From: Clostridia bacterium
Lineage (GTDB): Bacteria; Bacillota; Clostridia; TANB77; CAG-508
Assembly (NCBI GenBank): GCA_017409455.1
Contig: JAFQSS010000011.1
Location: 29,595-93,594 of the forward strand
Direction: 5' to 3'
Length of the DNA stretch: 64,000 nt
Shown here: positions 28,755-37,395 of the stretch, one piece after another
How the letters are laid out: every line of letters begins with the position of its first letter
Numbering within the stretch: position 1 is the first letter of the stretch
Translations under genes and position numbers: made by a program
The notes under the pieces: generated by a model
The model's input: the letters and a program-made list of their open reading frames with translations, nothing else
What the model was told of the DNA's origin: nothing
Database searches by the model: none

Positions 28755-29279
28755 CTATGCTTCTGGTTCTATTAAACCATAGTTTTTATTATCTTTTAAT
28801 CTATGTATTACATTTACTTTTCCAGTTTCAACATTTACAAATGTTAAAAATGTATTAGTAGGTCTTTCTTGTAATTTTAATTTTGCATCTTCTGGTGTCA
28901 TAGGTTTTATTTCATAATATGATGTTTTAACGATTTCATCACTTACTTCATGTTCTGGCACTTCAACTTCTAATACTTTTAATGTTGAATCTTTTAACAT
29001 TCTTTCTTTTTTAGTTTTGAATTTTCTAATTTGTCCTTCTAATATATCTATATCTTTATCTATAGATGCATATAAATCCTTATCTTCTGTTACTGCTCTA
29101 AATACTTCCCCATTTGCTGATACTTTAATTTCTGCAATTTGTAAAGCTTTTTCTACTTTAATTACTACATCAGCTTCTGCATTTTCAAAGTATTTGTCAA
29201 TTCTCTCCATTTTTCTTTCTACATAATCGTTTATTGCTTCTGTTACCTTTAGTTCCTTTCCTGTTATTTTTATTTGCAT
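28755..29279 (-). CDS. hpf: Ribosome hibernation-promoting factor (long form)
   Basis: MQIKITGKELKVTEAINDYVERK.. plus C-terminal dimerisation domain. Confidence 0.9.
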   Translation of the reverse strand: MQIKITGKELKVTEAINDYVERKMERIDKYFENAEADVVIKVEKALQIAEIKVSANGEVFRAVTEDKDLYASIDKDIDILEGQIRKFKTKKERMLKDSTLKVLEVEVPEHEVSDEIVKTSYYEIKPMTPEDAKLKLQERPTNTFLTFVNVETGKVNVIHRLKDNKNYGLIEPEA

Positions 29280-29323
29280 AAAAATCTCTCCTCTCTTTTT
29301 CGGTTTATATTTTCTAAGTATAC

Positions 29324-31123
29324 CTATATTATAACCTTAATTCCTTTTTTTGGCAAGTATTTACTTAAAACTTTTACCTCGTTTACCACGGGGACGGAGA
29401 TAATGGTAAATTTTAGCGGAAGCCTCCGGCCACCTCCGCCTCCTCCAAAGGAACCACCTCCGCCTCCTCCAGAAGAGAATCCTCCTCCTCCAGCCGAATA
29501 GCTTTCAGCTCTTGATTTAGCGATTTTTGCAGCACTTATACCTTTATGAGAACTCATATGTACAAACATTATATAATCATAAGATGTAAAGTTTGATTGT
29601 TCGATTATTTCTGGATATATATCTTTAAATTGTTTTGCAACTTTTTTAGCAATTCCCATAATTTGTGCAAAAATCAAATATTCTTCAAATAACTGAACTT
29701 CAACCGCTTCTCTTTCTTTTATAAGTGTATATTCATTTAAATACCTTTTCAATCCTGCTAGTTCAAGTGCTTCTTGTTTTAGTTCGGGTGTTGCAACATA
29801 TACTTTACTTTTAAATATTTTAAGGTTAACTTTTTCTTTAACTTCTATCAAACCTTGTTCTATTAATTTATTTTGTTCGGCAGATATAATTGTATCAAAC
29901 CAAGAAAGAACTTTTGAATAACTATGTTCACACCATTTTTCAAATTCTTTACTTTCCAAATATCCATCTTTACTTGCTGTATATAGCATTTTAAACAATT
30001 CTTTTTCTTTAGGCTCTAAAAATATTTCAGGATTTGTTTCTTTTAAAACAATAACTGTATTTTCTTTTTTGAATATTAATCCAGTTTCTTTTTGTTCTAT
30101 TCTAATTACACCATCTTTAAGCCACTTCAAAATTATAGCCCCTAAAATGTCCGTCTTTTTTTCTATTACGTTATATTTATATCCTATATAATATGCTCTA
30201 AATATATCTTTTTGACATGGTATATCTCTAAAGTATGGAACATCTTTTGGAATCTTCTTTCCTACAGTTCCATATTCAAATTTAGTTTCAACACTTGCTA
30301 TTCCTGCAGATATTCCTATAATAGCAAAAAACATTATCATTCCAAATGTAGTAACAATAGCTATCACATCTACATCATCTAATGAAGATTGTGTATATGT
30401 TTCTGAACCTTCTTCAGCCATATCATAATAATATTCAAAATTATCATTTAATTTATTAGTTGTATCAAAAGTCCCAAGAGGAAATTTTACTAAAATAGTC
30501 ATATATTCATCAGTTGCTAATCTTCCATCTGACTGCATTTCAATATATCCATCATACACATATGCTGTTCCACCATAATTTCCATATCCCCAAACATCAA
30601 TTGTATCTTGGATTTTAAAATTAGTATAAATTTTAATATACATATTCCCTATTGATGTTGAAAAATCATATGGAATTAAAGTCCAATATATAATTTGTGA
30701 ATCTGTTGTTTCAGACACAAAATTAGTAATCGTATATTTTGCAGTATAAGTATGTGAGCCATATTTACTTATTCCCCAACAAAGTTCAACTCCATTAGAA
30801 ATTTTGTTTATTCCACATTTATTTGATTTACTTGCTAATGTTCCAGATGTATTCCAACTTGATAATGTTGTATACTGTGTATTTCCATCTTTAACAGTCA
30901 AATCTTTTATTTCGGAATTTCCCAAATTATAATATGGATGATAAACCTCTGTTCCTTGTGTTACATTGCATTTCCAAGTTTCTGTAACATATGCATCACC
31001 ATTGTCATCAACAAATATATCCATAGATATACTTTGTATTGAATTTGCTTCTACTATATTTCCAATTGAAAACACAATAAATGCAAATATATAAATACCT
31101 AATATTTTTAATGTTTTTCTCAT
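29324..31123 (-). CDS. DUF2207-type membrane protein with C-terminal Gly-rich tail
   Basis: Signal peptide, large extracytoplasmic domain, TM helices, C-terminal GGGGFSSGGGGGGSFGGGGGG; the last ~30 aa are read from the inverted-repeat element and the hpf promoter region. Confidence 0.7.
   Translation of the reverse strand: MRKTLKILGIYIFAFIVFSIGNIVEANSIQSISMDIFVDDNGDAYVTETWKCNVTQGTEVYHPYYNLGNSEIKDLTVKDGNTQYTTLSSWNTSGTLASKSNKCGINKISNGVELCWGISKYGSHTYTAKYTITNFVSETTDSQIIYWTLIPYDFSTSIGNMYIKIYTNFKIQDTIDVWGYGNYGGTAYVYDGYIEMQSDGRLATDEYMTILVKFPLGTFDTTNKLNDNFEYYYDMAEEGSETYTQSSLDDVDVIAIVTTFGMIMFFAIIGISAGIASVETKFEYGTVGKKIPKDVPYFRDIPCQKDIFRAYYIGYKYNVIEKKTDILGAIILKWLKDGVIRIEQKETGLIFKKENTVIVLKETNPEIFLEPKEKELFKMLYTASKDGYLESKEFEKWCEHSYSKVLSWFDTIISAEQNKLIEQGLIEVKEKVNLKIFKSKVYVATPELKQEALELAGLKRYLNEYTLIKEREAVEVQLFEEYLIFAQIMGIAKKVAKQFKDIYPEIIEQSNFTSYDYIMFVHMSSHKGISAAKIAKSRAESYSAGGGGFSSGGGGGGSFGGGGGGRRLPLKFTIISVPVVNEVKVLSKYLPKKGIKVII
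29328..29356 (-). promoter_or_regulatory. Putative sigma-A promoter of hpf (TTGCCA-17-TATAAT)
   Basis: Hexamers at 29351-29356 and 29328-29333 on the minus strand; lies inside the 3' tail of the DUF2207 ORF. Confidence 0.5.
29382..29413. repeat. 32-bp inverted repeat, left copy
   Basis: tttaccacggggacggagataatggtaaattt is the exact reverse complement of 31187..31218. Confidence 0.95.
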
Positions 31124-31186
31124 ACTTATCCCCCTTTTTTCAAAATAATTATCTCACAACACAAAAAATTTAGCAATACTCACAAA

Positions 31187-31218
31187 AAATTTACCATTAT
31201 CTCCGTCCCCGTGGTAAA
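31187..31218. repeat. 32-bp inverted repeat, right copy
   Basis: aaatttaccattatctccgtccccgtggtaaa; 10-bp self-complementary arms around a 15-nt asymmetric core. Confidence 0.95.
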
Positions 31219-31274
31219 TTTCAGTTGAAATTCTAGCATTTTTATGGCATAATATATATGTTCGGAGGTTTATT

Positions 31275-33641
31275 ATGAACAATAATTTAATGAAATTAGA
31301 ATTTAATAAAATATTAGATGCAATATCAAATTATTGCAAAACATATATAGGTAAAAAATATGTTTCTGAGCTTCGCCCTTCACAAGTTCGTGAAGAAGTT
31401 CAAAAAATGCTTAATGAAACAAGTCAAGGAGTAATTCTTATTCAAAGAAACAGTACCCCACCACTTGGTTCAATAGCAGATATAACTGTATATATAAAAA
31501 CATTAGATGGATGTGGCACACTTAGTATTAAAGCATTATTAGAATTACAAAACATTTTACAAATGTCTGCAAATTTAAAAGATTATTTTGCAAAAGACCA
31601 TCTTGCAACGTCAGATTTTTCAGCAATAGAACAATATTTTAATGATTTATATGTAAATCCTAGTATTGTTTCTACTTTTGCTAAATCGATTATCGATGAA
31701 GAAACAATTGCAGATTCCGCTTCATCTAAATTACAAGATATTCGTAGACGTCAAAGAAAAATTGAACAAGATATCCGTTCAAAACTTAACACAATTCTAC
31801 ATTCTTCAACTTATTCAAAATATATGAGAGAAAATCTTGTTACAATTAGAAATGGTCGTTTTGTAATTCCTGTAAAAGAAGAATATCGCGGTGCAGTAAA
31901 AGGTTTTATACATGATATGTCAAGTAGTGGTTCAACAGTATTTATAGAGCCAATTTCAGTATTTGACTTAAATAATGAATTATCTAATTTGCACATTGAA
32001 GAAAGTCTTGAAATAGAAAGAATTTTACAAAACTTAAGTGGATTATTATACCCATACACAAAAGAACTTCAAAATAATGTTGAAATTATTGGAAAACTTG
32101 ACTTTATTTTTGCCAAAGCACATTATTCATTACAATTGCATTGTACAACTCCTGTTTTAAATGATGACAAAATAATCAATTTAAAAAATGCTCGTCATCC
32201 TTTAATCTCACCTGAACATGTTGTTCCAAGTACAATTGAATTAGGAAAAGATTTTTCAACTTTAATAATTACAGGACCAAATACAGGTGGTAAAACTGTC
32301 ACATTAAAAACAATTGGTTTATTAACTGTTATGGCATGTAGTGGATTAAATATTCCTGCAGATGAACCTTCTAGCATATATGTATTTGACAATGTTTTCG
32401 CAGATATTGGGGATGAACAAAGTATTAGTGAATCTTTAAGTACATTTTCATCACATATGAGTAACATTGTTGGAATCACTCGTAGTGCATCTACTGATAG
32501 CCTTATTCTTGTAGATGAATTAGGTTCTGGAACAGATCCACTTGAAGGAGCACATCTTGCAATAAGTATTTTACAACATTTCACTGAGCTTGGAACAATT
32601 ACTGTTGCAACATCACATTATCAAGAATTAAAAAAATACGCATTGGTTACTCCTGGATTCAAAAATGCAAGTGTTGAATTTGACATAGAAAACTTAAGAC
32701 CAACTTATCGTTTATTAGTTGGAATTCCTGGAAAAAGTAATGCTTTTGCTATAAGTAGAAAATTAGGTCTAGCTGAAACAATTATTGAACGTGCATCTTC
32801 TATGATAGATAAAGAGACTGTAAATTTAGAAGATTTATTAAAAAGTATTTATGACAAAAAATCACAAATTGAAGATGAAAAAGCTCGTACAGCTATTGTA
32901 TTGCAAGAAGCTGAAGAATTAAAGAAAAATTTAAAACATCAAAATACAGATGTATTAAACAAAGAAAAAGAATTAATAGCTAATGCTAAACAAGAAGCTA
33001 AACAAATTTTACTTGATGCTAAAGAAACTGCAAATTCTTTAATAAAAGATATTGGAAATAGCACTTCCGCTTCTCAGGCAAATAAACTTAGAAATAAATT
33101 AAATGAGGAAATTTCTTCTATCAACAAAACAAACATAGAAGATGTTGAAATAGCTCATCCTATTTCAAGAGAAGATATAAAAGTTGGATTAGATGTTTTT
33201 GTTGCTAATTTGAAATCTGAAGGTAAAGTAATATCTAATATTTCAAAAGATGATACTGTTCAAGTTCAAATAGGTGTTATGAAATTAAAAGTTGATATAA
33301 AACAATTACAAGAAATTACTAAATCAAATAAACCTTCTGATGATAAAATAACTAATTATAACTATTCAGGTCGTTCATCATTAAAATCACAACATGTTAG
33401 TCCTGAAATCAATTTAATTGGTTTAACTGTTGATGAGGCAATTCCTATTATAGATAAATATTTAGATGATTGCTATATGGCAAAACTTTCATCTGCCCGC
33501 ATTGTTCACGGCAAAGGTACTGGTGCTTTACGAAATGGTATCCATCGTTATTTAAAAACAAATAAGCTTGTTGATACTTTTAGATTAGGCACTTTTGGCG
33601 AAGGTGAAATGGGTGTTACTATTGTTAGTTTAAAATTTTAG
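31275..33641 (+). CDS. mutS2: Endonuclease MutS2 (MutS-II ATPase + Smr domain)
   Basis: GPNTGGKT Walker A, DELGSGTDP, C-terminal Smr (IVHGKGTGALR). Confidence 0.95.
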   Translation: MNNNLMKLEFNKILDAISNYCKTYIGKKYVSELRPSQVREEVQKMLNETSQGVILIQRNSTPPLGSIADITVYIKTLDGCGTLSIKALLELQNILQMSANLKDYFAKDHLATSDFSAIEQYFNDLYVNPSIVSTFAKSIIDEETIADSASSKLQDIRRRQRKIEQDIRSKLNTILHSSTYSKYMRENLVTIRNGRFVIPVKEEYRGAVKGFIHDMSSSGSTVFIEPISVFDLNNELSNLHIEESLEIERILQNLSGLLYPYTKELQNNVEIIGKLDFIFAKAHYSLQLHCTTPVLNDDKIINLKNARHPLISPEHVVPSTIELGKDFSTLIITGPNTGGKTVTLKTIGLLTVMACSGLNIPADEPSSIYVFDNVFADIGDEQSISESLSTFSSHMSNIVGITRSASTDSLILVDELGSGTDPLEGAHLAISILQHFTELGTITVATSHYQELKKYALVTPGFKNASVEFDIENLRPTYRLLVGIPGKSNAFAISRKLGLAETIIERASSMIDKETVNLEDLLKSIYDKKSQIEDEKARTAIVLQEAEELKKNLKHQNTDVLNKEKELIANAKQEAKQILLDAKETANSLIKDIGNSTSASQANKLRNKLNEEISSINKTNIEDVEIAHPISREDIKVGLDVFVANLKSEGKVISNISKDDTVQVQIGVMKLKVDIKQLQEITKSNKPSDDKITNYNYSGRSSLKSQHVSPEINLIGLTVDEAIPIIDKYLDDCYMAKLSSARIVHGKGTGALRNGIHRYLKTNKLVDTFRLGTFGEGEMGVTIVSLKF

Positions 33642-33653
33642 TAACTAGAAATT

Positions 33654-33693
33654 GGGGCCATGTTCGCGGTGCTAGCATCGCGAACATGGCCCC
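33654..33693. repeat. 40-nt GC-rich near-perfect palindrome between the convergent mutS2 and spoVT genes
   Basis: ggggccatgttcgcg-gtgctagcat-cgcgaacatggcccc; 15-bp perfect arms, no adjacent T-run. Confidence 0.8.
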
Positions 33694-33703
33694 AGCTGCT
33701 AGT

Positions 33704-34258
33704 TTATATTTCCATCTGACTTCCTAAGAATGCTGCTGCTGATTGAGCTACTTTTTTCTCTACTTCATTCATTTTTGTATTAGATTCTTTAGATAATAAA
33801 ATTACTGTTCCTATTGTATCTCCATTTGATATTATTGGATATACAACTTGTGCATTATATTTTCTTTGACTATTATCATTTTTTGTTATAGGCATTGAAA
33901 CATCACTGTTCTCTTTACTTGTATAAATTTCTTTATCTTCCATTAATTGTTCTAATTCTTCACTTATATTTTGTTCTAAGTATTCTTTTTTAGAACCTCC
34001 TGATACTGCAATTACTGTGTCTTTATCAGTTATACAAGCAATATGTCCTGTTGTTTTTGATAATGTTTCTGCATATCCTGTTGCAAATTCTGATAGTTCT
34101 CCTATTGGTGAATATTTTTTTAATATTACTTGACCTTCTCTATCTGTAAATATTTCTAGAGGTTCTCCTTCTTTTATTCTTAATGTTTTTCTTATTTCTT
34201 TTGGTATTACAACTCTACCTAAATCATCTATTCTTCTTACAACTCCAGTTGCTTTCAT
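33704..34258 (-). CDS. spoVT: Stage V sporulation protein T (AbrB-type N-terminal domain + GAF-like domain)
   Basis: MKATGVVRRIDDLGRVVIPKEIRKTLRIKEGEPLEIF; 184 aa. Confidence 0.85.
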   Translation of the reverse strand: MKATGVVRRIDDLGRVVIPKEIRKTLRIKEGEPLEIFTDREGQVILKKYSPIGELSEFATGYAETLSKTTGHIACITDKDTVIAVSGGSKKEYLEQNISEELEQLMEDKEIYTSKENSDVSMPITKNDNSQRKYNAQVVYPIISNGDTIGTVILLSKESNTKMNEVEKKVAQSAAAFLGSQMEI

Positions 34259-34338
34259 TAATCTTCCTCCTTTTTGTTTTTCTAAGTATATTCTTATTAT
34301 GACAAAAAAGGAAAAAAATATACATTTAATTTAAAAAA

Positions 34339-34367
34339 CGCAAAAAAGGACCAGGTCCCTTTTTACG
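34339..34367. repeat. GGGACCNGGTCCC-family palindrome (degenerate copy)
   Basis: cgcaaaaaaggaccaggtccctttttacg. Confidence 0.7.
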
Positions 34368-34415
34368 TTTTTTGTTGCAAAATTTTTTTAAATATATTAT
34401 AATATATAAGTATAT

Positions 34416-34766
34416 GGGGATGTAATGGTTTCGACATTACATTTGAAGCATGAATAGCGAGTAGTGGATTCTCGTTAGCCACTATAAAAACGGGAAATTT
34501 AAATATAAACGCTGATAATAGAGAATTAGCATTTGCTGCTTAGTTGCGGCAACGCCTGTTAAAATATCCCCACATATTTTAATTTGGTGTCATTTAGTGG
34601 GAAACAAAGCTGTTTGTTCTACGAAAACAGTGGGTATTTAGTAGATATATTTGATAGTCGTTTGTTTATTAATGATTATTAAATGAATTTTAATAATAAA
34701 CTGCACTCGGAGAAGTTTGTGTGAATTGTGTTATGGACAGGAGTTCGACTCTCCTCATCTCCACCA
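34416..34766 (+). ncRNA. ssrA: tmRNA (SsrA)
   Basis: 5' GGGGATGTAATGGTTTCGAC..; 3' GGAGTTCGACTCTCCTCATCTCCACCA; tag ORF gct gat aat aga gaa tta gca ttt gct gct tag (ADNRELAFAA if translation resumes at GCU); TTGCAA-17-TATAAT upstream. Confidence 0.9.
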
Positions 34767-34773
34767 AATTTTA

Positions 34774-34810
34774 AAAAACCAGCATTTCGCTGGTTTTCTT
34801 TTATTTTCTC
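34774..34810 (+). repeat. 37-bp direct repeat, copy 1 (contains the tmRNA terminator hairpin)
   Basis: aaaaaccagcatttcgctggttttcttttattttctc, identical at 37396..37432. Confidence 0.9.
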
Positions 34811-34892
34811 TCATAGTTGTCATTTCAAGGGTTTTCAAACTTTCTAAAAATTTGCATTTCTTTCATATTTTCTCATTTTTTGTTACTTTCTG

Positions 34893-34924
34893 TTTTCTAC
34901 TGCACACCTAATTGCACACTTTTT
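34893..34924 (+). repeat. Direct repeat R2, copy 1 (two TGCACAC half-sites)
   Basis: ttttctactgcacacctaattgcacactttt; copy 2 at 35822..35851 differs by a 1-nt deletion. Confidence 0.8.
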
Positions 34925-35125
34925 TCTTCCTTATTTTTCCATTTAAATCTTATCTCTTCAACCATTTTATAAAAAAATACAAAATAAAAAATGATATAAA
35001 TTTATAAATTCACTTGTAAATTAGTTGAATTTATAGTATAGTTTAATGTAGGGAATAAGAATAATTGCAGATGTGGTTGCCACTTTTAATCCACAGCTTT
35101 ATGTTGTGAGAATGGAGGTGGTGCT

Positions 35126-35236
35126 ATGATAGAAGCTATTTTATTAGAGATAATATATTTACTTTTATTTGCATTAGTTGTCGAAACTATTATAGTATTT
35201 GCCTTAATTATATTCATCGTATTTTTAAGCAAATAG
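35126..35236 (+). CDS. 36-aa hydrophobic peptide, candidate type I toxin (module 1)
   Basis: SD ggaggtgg 5 nt before the ATG; MIEAILLEIIYLLLFALVVETIIVFALIIFIVFLSK*; TTGTAA-17-TATAGT at 35014-35042; terminator 35242-35282. Confidence 0.55.
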   Translation: MIEAILLEIIYLLLFALVVETIIVFALIIFIVFLSK

Positions 35237-35237
35237 A

Positions 35238-35323
35238 CAATAAAAAACACATCTGTACTTTGCTGGTCTGATGTGTTTTTTATACATATTCACGGCAACC
35301 ACGTTTGTGGTTACTTATTTCCT
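35238..35323 (-). ncRNA. Candidate antisense antitoxin sRNA (module 1)
   Basis: TTGACA-17-TATAAT on the minus strand (35353-35358 / 35330-35335); hairpin taaccacaaacgtggtt; ends at the bidirectional terminator shared with the toxin mRNA. Confidence 0.5.
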
Positions 35324-35384
35324 ACTATTATTATACTTAATTTTCTCAACTTTGTCAAATATTTTTTAGATATATATGATATAA

Positions 35385-35721
35385 TTACTTATGTATTAAT
35401 TGTAAAATTTTATCTTTACATTTGAATATTATAAAAATTACAATATTTATTATTAAACATGTGATTAATTCTAAAGACTCTATTTCTAATTCAAATTTAA
35501 ATATTTTCAAAATAACTGATATAATTAATCCAATAAAACAAAACGCAAACAAGTTACTATATTTAAAATTTTGTTTTGCACACGTTTTTAATATAAATTT
35601 TGCCAATACAATTGATGCAATATTAAGTATCATCCAAAATAAATATCCATCTAATCCGTATTTCCAATATACCTTTTATAAAAATTGCTGTATTTTCTAT
35701 AAACCATCTAATACTTCTCAT
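35385..35721 (-). pseudogene. Small membrane protein gene split by a +1 frameshift
   Basis: SD ggaggg + ATG at 35721 gives 32 codons (MRSIRWFIENTAIFIKGILEIRIRWIFILDDT*). This overlaps the 82-aa ORF 35385..35633 in another frame. Confidence 0.35.
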
Positions 35722-35821
35722 AATTTTCCCTCCTATTTTCTATTATAATATAAATTACATAAAAATACTATAATTTTTGTCTTAAAATTAGTCTTTTGTA
35801 TACTCTTATTTTTCCACATAT

Positions 35822-35851
35822 TTTTCTACTGCACACCAATTGCACACTTTT
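35822..35851 (+). repeat. Direct repeat R2, copy 2
   Basis: ttttctactgcacaccaattgcacactttt. Confidence 0.8.
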
Positions 35852-36284
35852 ACAAAAATGTAATTTTCACCCCCTTGTAATATCAAGCCTTTCAAAAGTT
35901 CCTTTTGGTCCATCTCCACCAATAAAGAATCTGTTCGAACTACAGATACAAAAATCAATCAGTAAAATGGTTGATTTTTTTGTTTGTAAAAAATCATATT
36001 CTATGTTAGTGTGTATTGCCTCGCTGCCCACCTGAGTTTTGATATGCAATGTCAAAACTCATAGGAGGTTAGGACTTATGACAGAGTCAAAGTCCTATAC
36101 TAAAAGACATTGATGAACAAGTAGCATTGTATTTGTTTAATCTTATATAAAATCTCACAAATACGTTGAAAATCAGGCAAAAAAGTGATATAATTGCCAA
36201 GCAAGAACATTTTGTAATACCTTTGAAAGTATTAAAAACTATTCGGAGGTATGAACCTCCGAATGATTATGAGGAGGAAATAAA

Positions 36285-36530
36285 ATGGAAACGGTAAAGT
36301 TAATTGAACCGACTTATGGAAGAATGGTTACCTTGCAGGTACTCAAAGAAGAACCCCTTCTTCATATGATTATCGGCATCTTAACTGCTGTAGCAGACGA
36401 AGAAAAAATTAAATCTAAGGTGTCTGGTAACACAGTCACTCTTACTTTTTCTGACGTTGCCTCTGCAGATGCTTACAAAGCGGCATTTAGGCTTAACCAG
36501 AAAAAAAGTCTTAAAGGAGAAAAGAAATAA
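36285..36530 (+). CDS. Hypothetical 81-aa protein (higher-GC cassette A)
   Basis: TTGAAA-17-TATAAT at 36166-36194; 10-bp 5'UTR hairpin 36241-36264; SD gaggagg; terminator 36827-36856 after ~300 nt of frame-broken sequence. Confidence 0.55.
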   Translation: METVKLIEPTYGRMVTLQVLKEEPLLHMIIGILTAVADEEKIKSKVSGNTVTLTFSDVASADAYKAAFRLNQKKSLKGEKK

Positions 36531-36922
36531 AAAATTCAAGGTAGGAAAATTAATCATTGCTAAAAAGATTAAATATTTAGCTGAGCTGACCCAAAAAGGT
36601 TATATAAAGAAAGGGGACTATTTTTGAAAACACATTCCAGAATACTAAGAGGCTATAACAATAACAAATTCTGTAATCGGTCTGATGAAAGAAATACAGC
36701 TCCCAGTGCAAGAAGGTGCAAGACTAATCGGAAGAAGAATATAGAATCCACGTTCTCGAAACCTTCTCTATATGCGCTTCCACCGGTATACAGTTCTAAA
36801 AAGAAGTGATAAGTTTTAAGACTTTACAAAAGGCACGGAAAATTTCCGTGCCTTTTGCTTAAAAAATATGGTATTCAAAAATTTTATTTGACATTTCCTA
36901 ATTATCTGTGTATAATAGATAT

Positions 36923-37020
36923 AGGAAATGAATAACCGCAGTGAATGCGGTTACCACTACATAAAAGTATAACAACACATTCGCAATATTGGCATACTGG
37001 AATGTGTTGTTATTTTTATT
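36923..37020 (+). ncRNA. Candidate antisense antitoxin sRNA (module 2)
   Basis: TTGACA-17-TATAAT at 36888-36916; hairpin taaccgcagtgaatgcggtta; terminator aacaacacattc..gaatgtgttgtt + T-run; 5' part homologous to the module 1 sRNA. Confidence 0.5.
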
Positions 37021-37129
37021 CCTTATCTATAATTGAATTTACATATTTTATGTATAAAATCGTTAATAAGGTTACGTTTATTGTTGCTAATACCATTAAG
37101 GCATATATTAAAAAAAGTATAAAACTCAT
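37016..37129 (-). CDS. 37-aa hydrophobic peptide, candidate type I toxin (module 2)
   Basis: SD gaggtggtg; MSFILFLIYALMVLATINVTLLTILYIKYVNSIIDKE*; TTGATT-17-TATACT at 37216-37244 on the minus strand. Confidence 0.5.
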   Translation of the reverse strand: MSFILFLIYALMVLATINVTLLTILYIKYVNSIIDKE

Positions 37130-37395
37130 AAACACCACCTCACTTTCTGATAACAAAAGTTATCGAGTGCAGTGGCAATACATATCTACTACTATGTTCA
37201 TTTCCTATGTCAGCTAGTATAACATACAATTTACAATAAATCAATATAAAACAAACGAGTTTTTGTATTTTGATAAAATTACTAAATTTTCATTAAAAAA
37301 TTTGGTAATTTATATATAAATTGATTGATATTTGTATCAATCGTTATGAGAGCCAAAAAAGTTGTAGATAACTACTTCGACGGCACCACTATAGT

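Noticed and set aside
29274-29501. 75-aa plus-strand ORF ending in a poly-proline run (PPPPPKEPPPPPPEENPPPP)
   Set aside because: It is the antisense shadow of the Gly-rich tail (GGN codons) of the DUF2207 gene. It has no SD and overlaps the hpf start.
34717-34911. 64-aa ORF spanning the tmRNA 3' end and terminator
   Set aside because: It overlaps the tmRNA T-arm/acceptor and its terminator, so it is explained by the RNA gene.
36624-36809. 61-aa highly basic ORF downstream of cassette A
   Set aside because: It has a TTG start and no SD. Neighbouring frames contain equally plausible fragments (KFKVGKLIIAKKIKYLAELTQKGYIKKGDYF, IGLMKEIQLPVQEGARLIGRRI). It looks like frame-broken debris of one gene rather than a real CDS.
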